Part shown: piece after piece, positions 42,234-52,812 of the stretch
Numbering within the stretch: the stretch's first letter is position 1
How the letters are laid out: each line of letters begins with the position of its first letter
Source of the DNA: an uncultured Gemmataceae bacterium
GTDB taxonomy: Bacteria > Planctomycetota > Planctomycetia > Gemmatales > Gemmataceae
DNA length: 64,000 nt
Assembly (NCBI GenBank): GCA_963750165.1
Contig: CAVVPN010000003.1
Coordinates: 1,888,001-1,952,000 of the forward strand
Direction: 5' to 3'
Notes under the pieces: generated by a model
What the model was told of the DNA's origin: nothing
Databases searched by the model: none
Seen by the model: only the letters and a program-made list of their open reading frames with translations
Position numbers and translations under genes: made by a program

Positions 42234-42614
42234 CGCCGCCAGCGCGCACAATTCATGCACTTGCAGTCGCACCAATCGCGATAAGAAAAACTACAGCCTG
42301 TCTTCCAACGAGTGGCATCGTGCCAAACGGGATTTTCCGAGGCATAGCTCCGGTGTTCGATGGTGGGAAGAAGGGCGGAATGCCTTGTGGATCCAGTCCG
42401 ATTGACAGTAGCGAAATCAGGACACTACCGGCATACTTCGCAAGGTGGACATGGTATACAATAGACCACATTGATGCAGGGTACACTCGGGGGCTTCTTT
42501 GTCTCTGCGGGATGAGTGCCCCGGCCAATTTACCATCGGCTCGATGCCGCTCGTGCGAGCCGGATGCTGACCCTTCCGCAGGTGGGGTCAGCTCAACTGG
42601 AAAGCCGTGTCCGC

Positions 42615-45044
42615 ATGAAAGTCGTGCTCGCCGAGAAGCCGTCGGTCGCCCGTGAACTAGCCTCCTTCCTTCGCGCCACGGCGAGGGCCGATGGGTATTT
42701 CGAGGGTCAGGGCTACCAGGTGACCTGGGCCCTGGGGCACCTCGCCACCCTCAAGGAGCCGGAGGACTACGACCCGGCCCTCAAGCGCTGGTCGCTGGAG
42801 ACGCTCCCCATCGTGCCCGAACGCTTCGGGCTCAAACTCGTCGAGGACAAGGGCGCCCGCAAGCAGTTCGCCGTCATCAAGCGCCTGTTCCGCTCGGCCG
42901 GCGAGATCATCTGCGCCACCGACGCCGGCCGCGAGGGCGAGCTCATCTTCCGCTACATTCTGGAGCTCGCCGGCTGCGCCGACAAGCCGGCCCGGCGCCT
43001 CTGGCTAAGCTCCCTCACCGAGGCTGCGACCCGGGAAGCCTTCCGACGCCTGCGCCCGCTGTCCGACTACGACGCGCTGTACGCGGCGGCGCGCTGCCGC
43101 AGCGAGGCCGACTGGATCGTCGGCCTGAACGCGACGCGGAACTACACCGTCCGCTACCGCTCGGGAGGGGTCCTCTGGAGCGTCGGCCGCGTGCAGACGC
43201 CGGTGCTGGCCATGATCGTCGGCCGCGACGATGAGATCCGCACCTTCAAGCCCGAACCCTTCTGGGAGCTTTGGACCCGCTACCGCGAGGTCACCTTCAA
43301 GTTTGCCGGCGAGCGCTTCGCGAAGGAAGACGACGCCCGGACGCTGCTGGGGCGCGTGCAGGGGCACCCCTTCACCATCCGGGACGTCGAACGTAAGGAG
43401 GAGCGGGTCCAGCCGCCGCAGCTCTACGACCTGACCGAGTTGCAGCGGGACATGAACCGGCGCTACGGGATGTCGGCCGACGCCACGCTGAAGGCCGCCC
43501 AGGCGCTCTACGAGAGCAAGGCGATCACCTACCCCAGGACCGACTCGCGGCACCTGGGGGGCGACATGAAGGCGCAGATCCCGCGCATCCTGGGCGAGCT
43601 CCGTTCTCTCAAGCCGACCGAGATCGGCAAGCTCGACCTCGGCGCGCTGGCCTTCAGCGCGCGCATCATCGACGACAAGAAGGTCAGCGACCACCACGCG
43701 ATCATCCCGACCGGCAAGCCGCCGGGGTCCCTCTCGCCGGAGGCGGAGAGGGTCTACGACGCCGTCGTCGTCCGCCTCCTCGCCGCCTTCTACCCTCCCT
43801 GCGTGAAGGAGGTGAAGAGCGTCGCCGGCGTGTCGAATGGCGTGCCGTTTCGAGCCAGGGGTGTGCGAGTGCTCGAGCCCGGGTGGACCACGCTGTACCC
43901 TCGGAAGGAAGAGGACAAGAGGGACGACGAGCAAGACCTGCCGGAATTTCGCCCCGGCGAGAGCGGCCCGCATGAACCGTTCGTCCAGCGGGGCGAGACC
44001 ACACCTCCGAAGCCCTTCACCGAGAGCACGCTCCTCGGGGCGATGGAAACGGCGGGGAAGCTCGTGGACGACGAGGACTTGAAGGAGGCGCTAAAGAAGC
44101 ACGGCCTGGGCACGCCGGCGACGCGGGCGGCAATCATCGAGACGCTCCTCGCGCGGGGCTACATCGTGCGGGTGAAGAAGACGCTCGCCGCGACGGATCT
44201 GGGGCGCTACCTCGTGGCCCTGGTCCGGGACCGGGCCCTGAAGTCTCCCGAGTTGACGGGCGAGTGGGAGGCGAAGCTCCGGGAGATCGAGGGCTCCCGC
44301 CTCGACCCCCGCCAGTTCATGGCCGAGATCATCCAGTACACGACCGAGGTCATCCGCTCCGCCGATGCGGCCGCTGTCGATCCAACGCGTCTGGGGGACT
44401 GCCCGCGTTGCGGCCGGCCGGTCATCGCAGGGCAGCGCGGGTGTGGCTGCTCCGGCTGGCGTGAAGGCTGCCCGTTCGTGCTCTGGAAGGACTACCGGGG
44501 CCAGCCCCTCGGAGAGGGGGCGGTCCGGGAACTCCTGCAGTGCCGCGTCCTGCTCAAGCCCATGAAGTTTGTGGATGCGGCCGAGGTTATTCTCAGCCTG
44601 ACGGATTCGGGCGTGTTGACCGAGATCCCGGTCCCCATCGGCCGGCCACAACGCCCAGCGAAGACTGAGAGACCCAAGCGTGCGAGCAGACGCTCGAAGC
44701 CGGGCACGCGCCTCGGACAGCGAGGCTCGAGTGACGGCGCAGGCTCCCCCAAGGCTGAAGAGACTCCTGCGACGCCCGCGGGCGAACTGGGTCTCTGTCC
44801 TCTCTGCGGCTCCGAGGTCATCGAGCAGCAGAAGTCCTACGGCTGCAGCGGCTGGCGGGGCGGGTGCAAGTTCACGATCTGGAAGACCATCGCCGGCAAG
44901 CGGATCAGCGCCCGCACGGCCCGGGCGCTCCTTCGGCGCGGCAGGAGCCCGGTGCTCAAGGGCTTCCAGTCAAAATCCGGGAGGGCCTTCGACGCGCGTC
45001 TGAAGCTGGAGCAGGGCGCGGTCCACTTCGATTTCGAGCCCTGA
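42615..45044 (+). CDS. topB: DNA topoisomerase III (type IA) with C-terminal zinc-ribbon repeats
   Basis: LAEKPSVA, ATDAGREGE, GRVQTP, ITYPRTDS, GLGTPATRA; two CPxCG..GCS repeats. Confidence 0.93.
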   Translation: MKVVLAEKPSVARELASFLRATARADGYFEGQGYQVTWALGHLATLKEPEDYDPALKRWSLETLPIVPERFGLKLVEDKGARKQFAVIKRLFRSAGEIICATDAGREGELIFRYILELAGCADKPARRLWLSSLTEAATREAFRRLRPLSDYDALYAAARCRSEADWIVGLNATRNYTVRYRSGGVLWSVGRVQTPVLAMIVGRDDEIRTFKPEPFWELWTRYREVTFKFAGERFAKEDDARTLLGRVQGHPFTIRDVERKEERVQPPQLYDLTELQRDMNRRYGMSADATLKAAQALYESKAITYPRTDSRHLGGDMKAQIPRILGELRSLKPTEIGKLDLGALAFSARIIDDKKVSDHHAIIPTGKPPGSLSPEAERVYDAVVVRLLAAFYPPCVKEVKSVAGVSNGVPFRARGVRVLEPGWTTLYPRKEEDKRDDEQDLPEFRPGESGPHEPFVQRGETTPPKPFTESTLLGAMETAGKLVDDEDLKEALKKHGLGTPATRAAIIETLLARGYIVRVKKTLAATDLGRYLVALVRDRALKSPELTGEWEAKLREIEGSRLDPRQFMAEIIQYTTEVIRSADAAAVDPTRLGDCPRCGRPVIAGQRGCGCSGWREGCPFVLWKDYRGQPLGEGAVRELLQCRVLLKPMKFVDAAEVILSLTDSGVLTEIPVPIGRPQRPAKTERPKRASRRSKPGTRLGQRGSSDGAGSPKAEETPATPAGELGLCPLCGSEVIEQQKSYGCSGWRGGCKFTIWKTIAGKRISARTARALLRRGRSPVLKGFQSKSGRAFDARLKLEQGAVHFDFEP

Positions 45045-45208
45045 AAAGGGCTTCCGCCATCCACTGTTCCCCTGCGCCCAAGAGCTACCCGCGGCAAATC
45101 GCCCCTTTCCGACTGGCAGTACGAAGGATTGGAGGCCCAGTTTGCACCCCATGGTCAGGCGACCCGAATTGCGCGGTTCCCTGCTCACGCTTCTTCAGGC
45201 TTACTCGG

Positions 45209-46120
45209 TCAGCTCACAAGCTCGAACAAAAAATGCTGGGCAGTCGCGCTTCCGAAGCCAGATGTCGCCTCTGTCAAGGGGACCTTGATCAGATAATCCA
45301 CCTCTTCCGGCCCATCACCTGTCGCGGCCCAAGCAATTCTGATGGTCGCGCAAGCATCGCCGCGCCACCAGACCGGCGTGAGATAGCGGATAAGCTGATT
45401 TTTGGAAGCCCCGAGCACCGGCCTCGCTTTTTCGGTGGGCACCGTATCCTGCCTGCCATACTCGTCATGGTCGCAGCCAGGGATTTCCCAGATGCACTTC
45501 CGAAGCTTCGCGTAGTAGTGTTCCTTGAAGGGCGTAACGTACAAGCAGAGTCCGAGGTCCCCACCGATGACCCGTCGTAAACTGGCCCACAGGGTTATGT
45601 CATTTTTGTACTTCGACTGAAGCAGCGCTGCGCCTACCATTTCGAGCCGGGAACGCCAATCGGCCGCGCTTTCCTCAGTGAGCCGAATCAAAAAGACGTT
45701 GCCATAAAGGACCCGAACTCGGGATATGGAAACCGGGTCGAGGCCCGTCTGATGGTCTACCTTAATCACCCGCGTCGGCCAACCGGAGGCAATCGCCAGC
45801 CGGTTTGGATTCCAGCTATTGAGGAGCCAGTGCGTGCCAACTCGCGCAGTTTCCACCATCCGTTCGTCCTTCCAGTGCCCGCAGACGACCGGAGCAGCTG
45901 TACACTCGTGTTCATCAGCCCGAATCCACGGTAGGAAAGAGAACATCATGCCCGCAAGAAAGGCGCTCCCCTCATCCCTCTCTTGTCCACGCTCGATTTC
46001 GTTGGTGTCAAACGTCAAGAGCCCTTCGACGGAAGGGCAGTTCGCGGGCAGGGTTGGTTGAAGATAGCCAGCCTGTACCATTTCCTTCATCAAAGGAGGT
46101 AGCTCTTCTCGCCATGCCAT
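45209..46120 (-). CDS. Hypothetical protein (lower GC), separated from its RBS by IS630
   Basis: 303-aa ORF whose ATG abuts the IS end. Confidence 0.6.
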   Translation of the reverse strand: MAWREELPPLMKEMVQAGYLQPTLPANCPSVEGLLTFDTNEIERGQERDEGSAFLAGMMFSFLPWIRADEHECTAAPVVCGHWKDERMVETARVGTHWLLNSWNPNRLAIASGWPTRVIKVDHQTGLDPVSISRVRVLYGNVFLIRLTEESAADWRSRLEMVGAALLQSKYKNDITLWASLRRVIGGDLGLCLYVTPFKEHYYAKLRKCIWEIPGCDHDEYGRQDTVPTEKARPVLGASKNQLIRYLTPVWWRGDACATIRIAWAATGDGPEEVDYLIKVPLTEATSGFGSATAQHFLFELVS

Positions 46121-47305
46121 ATTACCTCGGCAAATAATATTCTCACATATTCAGAAGGCTGCCGCATAATGGATACACGAGTGTTTGAAGTAATTCCTGA
46201 CGTGAGTGGGCAAGTGGGCCAGGCGGCGCATGAAGGTTTGCAGCCGCGAACGCAACTCCGGCTTGCTCGACGGCAAGCCCTGCGCGTTCACCTGCCCTTT
46301 GACATCGTTGTTCAGGTACTCGTCCGCGTTCAGCTCCGGCACGTAGGGCGGCAGGTGGAACAACTCCAGGCGGTCGGCGTGCGCCTCCGCCCACGCGAAC
46401 ACCGCCGGCGTCAAGTGCGCCTGCAACCGGTCCACGATGATGTAGACTTTCCCGGTCGTGCTCCGCAGCAGTCGCTCCAGGAAGGTGAGGAACACCGCTG
46501 CTGTCAGCGTACTCGTGTACGTCATGAAGCGTACCGCCCCTTCGTTGGTAATGGACGAGATCATGTTCACGCGGATATGGGGGTCCGGCACGTCCACCGT
46601 CGCCGGTTGCCCTTCGCGGGCGTAGCCCTGGCCGGGGTGTTCGTCGGCCGCAACGCCGGTCTCGTCGCACCAGTGGATGGTAGCGCCCTCTTCGGCCGCC
46701 CGTGCCTCGATACCCGGGTAGATCTCCTCCAGCCATTCGCGGACTTCCTCCGGGTCTTGGTTTTTGCTGGGCCGCCGCGGCCGCTTCGGCGTGTAGCCCC
46801 AGCGGCGCAGGTAACTGCCGACCGTGCGTACGGGCAGGTCGATGCCACATTCCAGGCGAATCAACTCGCGTACGGCACGGCGCGACCACAGGGCGGCCGC
46901 GATGCCGAAGTCGGCGGGAGAGCGTTGGTCGAGGAGTTGCTGGAGGCGGCCGGCTTGCGCGTCGGTCAAGATGCGGCCCGAGCCGACGGGCCGGCCGCTG
47001 CGGTCGTGCGGTAGGGCGTCAGGACCGCCAGCGTGGTAGGCGCTGACCCAGCGGGACACCGTTTCGCGGGCGACACCGAGGAGTTCCGCGACTTCAGCTT
47101 CGGTGTAGCCCTGTTCGCAGCCGTGAACGGTGCGCAGACGCAAGGCTTCGAGGACTTCATCGGACAGCAAGCGAGCATCGGGTAAGGTGAGAGCCATGAT
47201 AGGTTCCTCCCCGCCGTCGAGGGCAAACACTACGACGGCGTTAGCCGGGGCGAACCGCATCGAATCCACCAAGAATGCGTGAGCAGATTACATGCCGAGG
47301 TAATA
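46120..47305 (-). mobile_element. IS630-family insertion sequence
   Basis: Imperfect 26-bp inverted ends including the TA duplication: TATTACCTCGGCAAATAATATTCTCA and TGAGCAGATTACATGCCGAGGTAATA. Confidence 0.92.
46151..47197 (-). CDS. IS630 transposase
   Basis: HTH, WCDET, IVDRLQAH, LPPYVPELNADE (DDE triad). Confidence 0.93.
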   Translation of the reverse strand: MALTLPDARLLSDEVLEALRLRTVHGCEQGYTEAEVAELLGVARETVSRWVSAYHAGGPDALPHDRSGRPVGSGRILTDAQAGRLQQLLDQRSPADFGIAAALWSRRAVRELIRLECGIDLPVRTVGSYLRRWGYTPKRPRRPSKNQDPEEVREWLEEIYPGIEARAAEEGATIHWCDETGVAADEHPGQGYAREGQPATVDVPDPHIRVNMISSITNEGAVRFMTYTSTLTAAVFLTFLERLLRSTTGKVYIIVDRLQAHLTPAVFAWAEAHADRLELFHLPPYVPELNADEYLNNDVKGQVNAQGLPSSKPELRSRLQTFMRRLAHLPTHVRNYFKHSCIHYAAAF

Positions 47306-47817
47306 GGCTCACCTCAAGCTGAGACGCATGTTCTGGTCAAATGTTACGCTCTTTTCCTGCCCGTGCAACGACAAACCCTTGCCTTGAGCCACCAACAAAC
47401 CCGTCGATGGGAGCGAAGCGCAAAGCATCGGACCTCGGAACACGTTTTAGGCCCCGTTCTCCGCGCGGCGGAAAGCCGCTACGAACAGGAAGAGGATCGA
47501 GGTCCAAAAAGGATACGGGGCTTGGGCCCAGTGAGTACCACCGTGTGAGGATCGCAAACTCGGAGTGGAAGTGACGTCGCCCGATCGACCTCCTGAACCC
47601 GATTGAGCAGTTTTCCAGGGATTTCCGTGCAATTCAGTGGAAAGAAGGCCCGTTCACCGAATGATCGGCGATGTTCAGGTGCGTAAGAGGCGGCAGGACG
47701 CGCCGCAAGACTTCGATGGGTGGTCATCACGCCAATTGCCGCGAGTAGCTTCCAGGCCATCGACAACAGGCGGGTCCGCAGAGAACTGCTATCTGCCAAA
47801 CTCAAAACATGGTTGGG

Positions 47818-49177
47818 GGCAAGTGCCAGTACATCCCGAACAGTTTTGTGTCAGTACATCCCGAACACTCAGAGGACTATAATTCACCTTAAACTGATCC
47901 TTCATGAGGTAGTTCCATGAGCAAGCAAAGCGTCAAGAGGAGCGTCGCCGAAACATGGTAGCCGCCGTTCGACGAGGCCAGCCGCTTCGTGCCGTCGCTG
48001 GCCGTTTCGGCGTCGGCCACACCACGGTTGCCTACTGGGTTCAGCGCGCCGACGGGTAGCGGCTGGACCGGTCAATTGGTCCGATCGCTCGCGTGCGCCG
48101 CACAAGACCCAACGCACAGCAACTTCCCTGGAGGATCTCGTTCTGCAGACGCGGAGAGACCTGGCCCTTGGCGACCTCGGTGCCATCGGAGCCGACGCCA
48201 TTCACCAGGCCCTGCGGGACCAAGGGGTTGCCAATGTCCCCTCGGTGCGGACCATCAACCGTATCCTCGGACGCCGCGGCGCTTTGGACGGCCGCCGGAG
48301 GATCCGGCGGCCTTCTCCTCTCAAGGGTTGGTACTTGCCCGATGTTGCAGCTGCCAAGGCCGAGCTGGACAGCATCGACATTGTTGAGGGACTTATGATC
48401 AAAGGCGACCCCGAGGTCGAGGTACTCAACGGTGTGTCCTTGCACGACGGCCTGGTCGCCTCCTGGCCGATCGCCTCCCCGGTCACGGCCCAGATGACCA
48501 TGGCGTCGCTGATCGAGCACTGGCGCGAATTCGGCCTGCCCGCCTACGCCCAGTTCGACAACGACCTGATCTTCCACGGCGCCTATCGATACCCGGATGC
48601 CCTGGGGCGGGTCATCCGCCTGTGCCTGAGCCTGGGGGTAGTCCCTGTGTTCGTGCCCCCGCGAGACCGGCTTCCAGGCCATGATCGAGAGCTACAACGG
48701 CTGGTGGCAGACCAAGGTCTGGTCGCGGTTCCAGCATGACAACCTGGCGGTGTTGCTGGGGCATTCCCAGAAGTACGTTGCTGCCTTGCGGAAGAAGCGC
48801 GCAATGCGGATCGAAGATGCCCCAGACCGTCGAGCGTTCCCTGAGGAGTGGAAACTCGAGCTGAAGAAACGGCCTGGTGGCCGGCTGGTCTATCTGCGAC
48901 GCAGTAATGGCGTCATTGAGGTGAACCTGCTGGGCCAGACCTGGACACTCGGCCAAGTTTGGCCCAACCGCCTGGTTCGCTGTGAAGTGGGTTTGAACAA
49001 GGACAAGATCCGCTTCTTCACCCTGCGAAGGAGAGAACCGACAATTCAACCTAAGATCCTTGAAGTGGACTATCGGCTTCCCAACCGCGGGTTCCAGGAC
49101 TGATGGGGCTGTTCGGGGTCTATTGGCAGATGTCAGCACGCGCGCACTTTTTTGTTCGGGACGTACTGGCACTTACA
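47818..49177 (+). mobile_element. Degenerate IS481-like element with doubled terminal repeats
   Basis: AAGTGCCAGTACATCCCGAACA (47821, partial copy 47848) is inverted at 49153-49173 (weaker copy 49110). Right end is ..ACA. Confidence 0.75.
47904..49103 (+). pseudogene. Integrase-core (DDE) transposase pseudogene
   Basis: HTH (AVAGRFGVGHTTVAYWV) with in-frame TAG codons; AQFDND and IESYNG lie in different frames. Confidence 0.8.
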
Positions 49178-49444
49178 CTTTCTAAATCGATGAACCAGGA
49201 GGGGGGATGCATCAGGGTGGTTCCGAGCGGAAGCGCTTTCATCTCTGTCGGAAGTGCCTCGCGAGACCTGCCGATGGCGCCATGTGGCGACAGAACACGA
49301 ATCGGTTCCCAGGCACTCTAAGAACTATCATACCGTATGCGCTCACGAAGCAACCTTATGAAGGACAACGACAAAGCGGAAAGAAAGGCGCAGGTGAACG
49401 ACGACCCGATGAAGCGGGTCGTCATCCCTGTGATGAACTCGGGC

Positions 49445-49492
49445 AACAAATACGGCCAGGACCTACCGGAGATTCGGAACTGGAAGTGGGGC
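49445..49492 (+). pseudogene. Probable phosphoketolase C-terminal remnant
   Basis: NKYGQDLPEIRNWKWG resembles the Xfp C-terminus; the rest of the gene is absent. Confidence 0.55.
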
Positions 49493-49578
49493 GTGACCAA
49501 CTTAGGCACGGCATGCTCACAAGACTCCGATCCTGCCTCTTTATCCCAGGATTGGAATCCTGCCTGACGAATACCCTC

Positions 49579-51051
49579 TCACTCTCCCTCCTTGAGAGCA
49601 TTCCTCGGCGTCTTCGACAGGGCGTCGGCCAGCTGTGGCGACAGTTTGTCTTCCGGGCTCAGCCTGGAGGCAGTGCGAAGTTCAGCGATGGCGGCGTCGT
49701 GGTCATCGAGCACGAGGTAGTGATACCCCAGCAGGAAGTGCCCCTTGCTGTCGTTGGGGTGGTTGCCGACAAAAGCCTCAAGAGCGCGAATCTGCTGGGT
49801 ATACGCGTCCGTGCTGGCGTACAGTCCCGTCATCGTGTCCCAGTCCCACCCCGGTCCGTTCGCGAGCACTGCGTAGATCGCCGCCGCCGCATCGGCGTAC
49901 ATGCCGCGCGCGAACAGGACTAGCGCCCGAAACTCGTGCATCGAGCGGTCGCCCGGCAAGAGCTGCACCGCGCTATCTACCTCCGCGGTCGCGTTGTCGT
50001 AGTCGCCTCTCTTGAAGAACGCCCGCGCCTGCGCCAAGTGGCCCACCGCGTCCGTGACGGTGTCGCCCTCGACTTCCGCCGCTTGGGTGTCGGTCGGCAC
50101 CGGGATCGGCCGGGAGTAGTCGAGCGCCGCGACCGTCGCGGTATATGGGTCGCCGACACCGTATTCCCGATCCATGAAATAGGGATTCTCATAGACGAAT
50201 GAGGTCCCGGAAGCCCACGGCGTCAGCCAGTAGCCGCCCGTCAGACCGGCCCAGAGCGCCGGGTAGGTCGGCCAGTTGTACCAGGCCCCGTGATACCAGC
50301 CGCGATGATACCCCCGCCACGGACGGTTGAAGTTGTCGATCGCGGTCACGAATTGCGAGCTTCGATTGATGTTCGTAATGCTCGTACGGTCGTTAATGGT
50401 GGTCCGGCTTCCGCCGATGCGAGTGCGGTCGCCGCCGCCGATCGTGGTCGGACCGCCTGGACGAATCGGTCGCGGCCTATCCGGTCGCACGAGAGGCCCG
50501 CCGGGACGGGCAGGCGGCCTCTCCGGACGGATCGACGGTGGACGAGCCAGCGGGCGAACGCCTCCAGCAATCGGCCGGCCGGCACCTGGCCGGGTCGGAT
50601 TGACCGTCGGGCGCTCGGGACGCGGTCGGATGGGATGCGATCCCGCAAGACCGGGACGGGTCGGCAAAGGATGGACAGTCGGGCGAGTCGGCCGGGCGAT
50701 CGGGGGACGACCGGCCGCCGGAGGGCGAATCGTGGTCGGATGGCTGGGCCGCGGGGGGGCCGCCGGTCGAGACACGGTCGGGCGCGGCGCTGTCGGGCGC
50801 GGGGCTGCTGGACGAACCACCGCTGGACGCGGCGCGGCCGGGCGGGGCGCGGCCGGGCGGGGGGCTGCCGGACGCGGAGCCGGCGGACGAGGCTGTGCCG
50901 GACGGCTCGCCGGTGGAGCATGCGCCGGTATGTGCGGTGGCGGCGCATGCGGCGTACCGCCCTTGGGCGCCGGTCGCGGCACAAGGGCCAGCACCGGGCC
51001 CGCCAGCAAGGTGGCGCTCAGAACGATCACTCCAAGGCTTAAAGGTCTCAT
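49579..51051 (-). CDS. Secreted Pro/Arg-rich TPR protein
   Basis: Signal peptide, PRPAA repeats, HEFRALVLFA..GPGWDW..HFLLGYHY TPR region. Confidence 0.85.
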   Translation of the reverse strand: MRPLSLGVIVLSATLLAGPVLALVPRPAPKGGTPHAPPPHIPAHAPPASRPAQPRPPAPRPAAPRPAAPRPAAPRPAVVRPAAPRPTAPRPTVSRPAAPPRPSHPTTIRPPAAGRPPIARPTRPTVHPLPTRPGLAGSHPIRPRPERPTVNPTRPGAGRPIAGGVRPLARPPSIRPERPPARPGGPLVRPDRPRPIRPGGPTTIGGGDRTRIGGSRTTINDRTSITNINRSSQFVTAIDNFNRPWRGYHRGWYHGAWYNWPTYPALWAGLTGGYWLTPWASGTSFVYENPYFMDREYGVGDPYTATVAALDYSRPIPVPTDTQAAEVEGDTVTDAVGHLAQARAFFKRGDYDNATAEVDSAVQLLPGDRSMHEFRALVLFARGMYADAAAAIYAVLANGPGWDWDTMTGLYASTDAYTQQIRALEAFVGNHPNDSKGHFLLGYHYLVLDDHDAAIAELRTASRLSPEDKLSPQLADALSKTPRNALKEGE

Positions 51052-51072
51052 GGTTGCAATCTCCAGGGCGGC

Positions 51073-52071
51073 TTAGCGCACCTTCTCCTTGCGAACGAAG
51101 GTGACGTTCAGGTCCGGTAACGGCAATTCATCCGCCTCGCGGTCCGTGGCCGACCACTCGACAGTGTTGTCGTCAACGTATTTCCAGAGATGCACGGACG
51201 TGGAAACCTTGCCGTCGGGAAACACGCCTTCGCAATCGATCTGCCAGTTATTTCCATGGCGCGTCCAGAAACCACCGCCGAAGCCGCCGGACGAGTCGAA
51301 CAGCCAGGAACGCAGACCCTGGCTGTTCGCGTCCCAGCCGATGCGCTGGCGGGCGCTGAGCTGCGTGCCGTCGGCGTGCTTGATGGAGAATTCCTGGATG
51401 AGGAAGGTCTGGTTGGGCGCCCAGCGGCAGGTCATGCGCACCTCGCCCTTGCTGCCCTTCTCCTCCCATTCGCCGACCATCCATGCCAGCGGTTTGAGCT
51501 TCGTGTACGCCGTGGACTGCTCTTCCTCCGTGCCTTCGGGCAGGTCGCGCACACAGCTGATCTGCCATTTGCCGCCCAGCTTGACCCAGACGGCGCTATA
51601 GCGGCCCGGCTCGACGTTGCCCTCCGGGGAGGTCATGAAGACGGTCCCCTCCTCCAGGGCCACGTCCGGCTTGATGAAGCGGAGGCTGCGCACCTTGACT
51701 GACTGCTTGCTGCCCTTGTGCTCGGCCAGCGCTTTCTTGAGCAACCGGCGAATGGCCGCGCGACCCTGCTGCACCGCGCCGGTCTCGGGAATGTACTCGG
51801 CGTCTTCGGTCCAGAAGCCGACCAGAGCGTCCAGATCGCCCTTGTTGAAGGCCTCGGTGTAGTCCTGGCAGGTCTTGCGGATGGCCCGCTCCTCTGCCCG
51901 CCGGGAGAACGGCGTTTCCTTGAGAGCGGCTTTTGGTTTTACCGTGCTGCTTTTGCTGTTGTCTCCGCGTTCGTCCGGATAGGCCCCGGCACGGAACATG
52001 CCTGACAGGGCCAAGCCCGCAACGGCCATGATCGTCAGCAACGCAGCCGCTATCCATTTACGGCTCGACAT
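51073..52071 (-). CDS. SgcJ/EcaC-like (NTF2/DUF4440) secreted protein
   Basis: AFNKGDLDAL..WTEDAEY..GRAAI, then LKPLAWMVGEW..QRIGWD..SWLFDS. Confidence 0.85.
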   Translation of the reverse strand: MSSRKWIAAALLTIMAVAGLALSGMFRAGAYPDERGDNSKSSTVKPKAALKETPFSRRAEERAIRKTCQDYTEAFNKGDLDALVGFWTEDAEYIPETGAVQQGRAAIRRLLKKALAEHKGSKQSVKVRSLRFIKPDVALEEGTVFMTSPEGNVEPGRYSAVWVKLGGKWQISCVRDLPEGTEEEQSTAYTKLKPLAWMVGEWEEKGSKGEVRMTCRWAPNQTFLIQEFSIKHADGTQLSARQRIGWDANSQGLRSWLFDSSGGFGGGFWTRHGNNWQIDCEGVFPDGKVSTSVHLWKYVDDNTVEWSATDREADELPLPDLNVTFVRKEKVR

Positions 52072-52182
52072 GATGAAGCACCCCGGATGAGAGAACCCCC
52101 GGAGCACCTGGACGCGGCGCCGCGTACCTCTGTTCCCCACTGGTTCGCGAAGAGAACGGCGCTCCTATTTGTTCGTCTTGGA

Positions 52183-52197
52183 GCAGATTGCGTGCCG
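52183..52197 (-). promoter_or_regulatory. Sigma54 promoter
   Basis: CGGCACGCAATCTGC (GG-N10-GC) upstream of the SgcJ-like gene. Confidence 0.65.
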
Positions 52198-52551
52198 AAC
52201 GCTCTGCTGGTGTTTCCCTCTTTCCGACGATGCTTGAAGTTGTCTGAATCGTAGCCGTAGCGACGGTAGTGCCACCGCCTGGGCACCTCGACCAGGGCGC
52301 GGATCGGCGAAGACCAACGAGCCGGGCACGACCTCGTCGGCGTGCCCGCCGAACTCGTCCGTTGCTCCTCCCTGCCCTCGGGAGTCGTCATCCGGGCAAG
52401 GTGGCTGTGCGGTTGTGATAGTTGGTTGAGCGGTTCGGGCACACGGTGCCGGCCAGCAGAGGAAGTCAGGCGGTCCTTGCACAAAGTCGATCAAGCGTAC
52501 ACCAGAGCATCTTGCCGCCTTGCAACGATCGATTTGTTGGGCGACATATTT

Positions 52552-52566
52552 CGGCATGAAAAATGC
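52552..52566 (+). promoter_or_regulatory. Sigma54 promoter
   Basis: CGGCATGAAAAATGC (GG-N10-GC). Confidence 0.65.
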
Positions 52567-52596
52567 TCTTTCTATTTTGCGGTCAAGATTGAGATG

Positions 52597-52706
52597 GTCG
52601 GATGACTCATCGAACGGCAACCCGCCGAAGGCGGGGGGCTTGTTGACGGGTAAGCCGACGGGGAGGAACACCTCGGGTGTTCCTCCCCGTCGGCTTTGTT
52701 GCTTTT
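52597..52706 (+). ncRNA. Structured leader/attenuator, copy 1 (riboswitch candidate)
   Basis: GTCGGATGACT..GGCAACCCGCC-GAA-GGCGGG.. followed by a perfect 21-bp hairpin and T-rich tail. Confidence 0.7.
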
Positions 52707-52812
52707 GACCTGGCATTTGGCTTCGACGTCCAGGTGTGACGCCGGCCTTGATGCCATCTGCGAGTGACGTCATGCGGCCGACATTCCAGGTTGCCCAGGA
52801 GGATTCTCACCT

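Noticed and set aside
41412..42614. tRNA or att integration site at the island edge
   Set aside because: No cloverleaf, T-loop motif or flanking direct repeat was seen.
52597..52706. Assignment to c-di-GMP-I, ZTP or glycine riboswitch
   Set aside because: It lacks GCAAAGC and the receptor stem, the CGCCTGGGC pseudoknot tail and the CTCAGG signature respectively; left unassigned pending Rfam.
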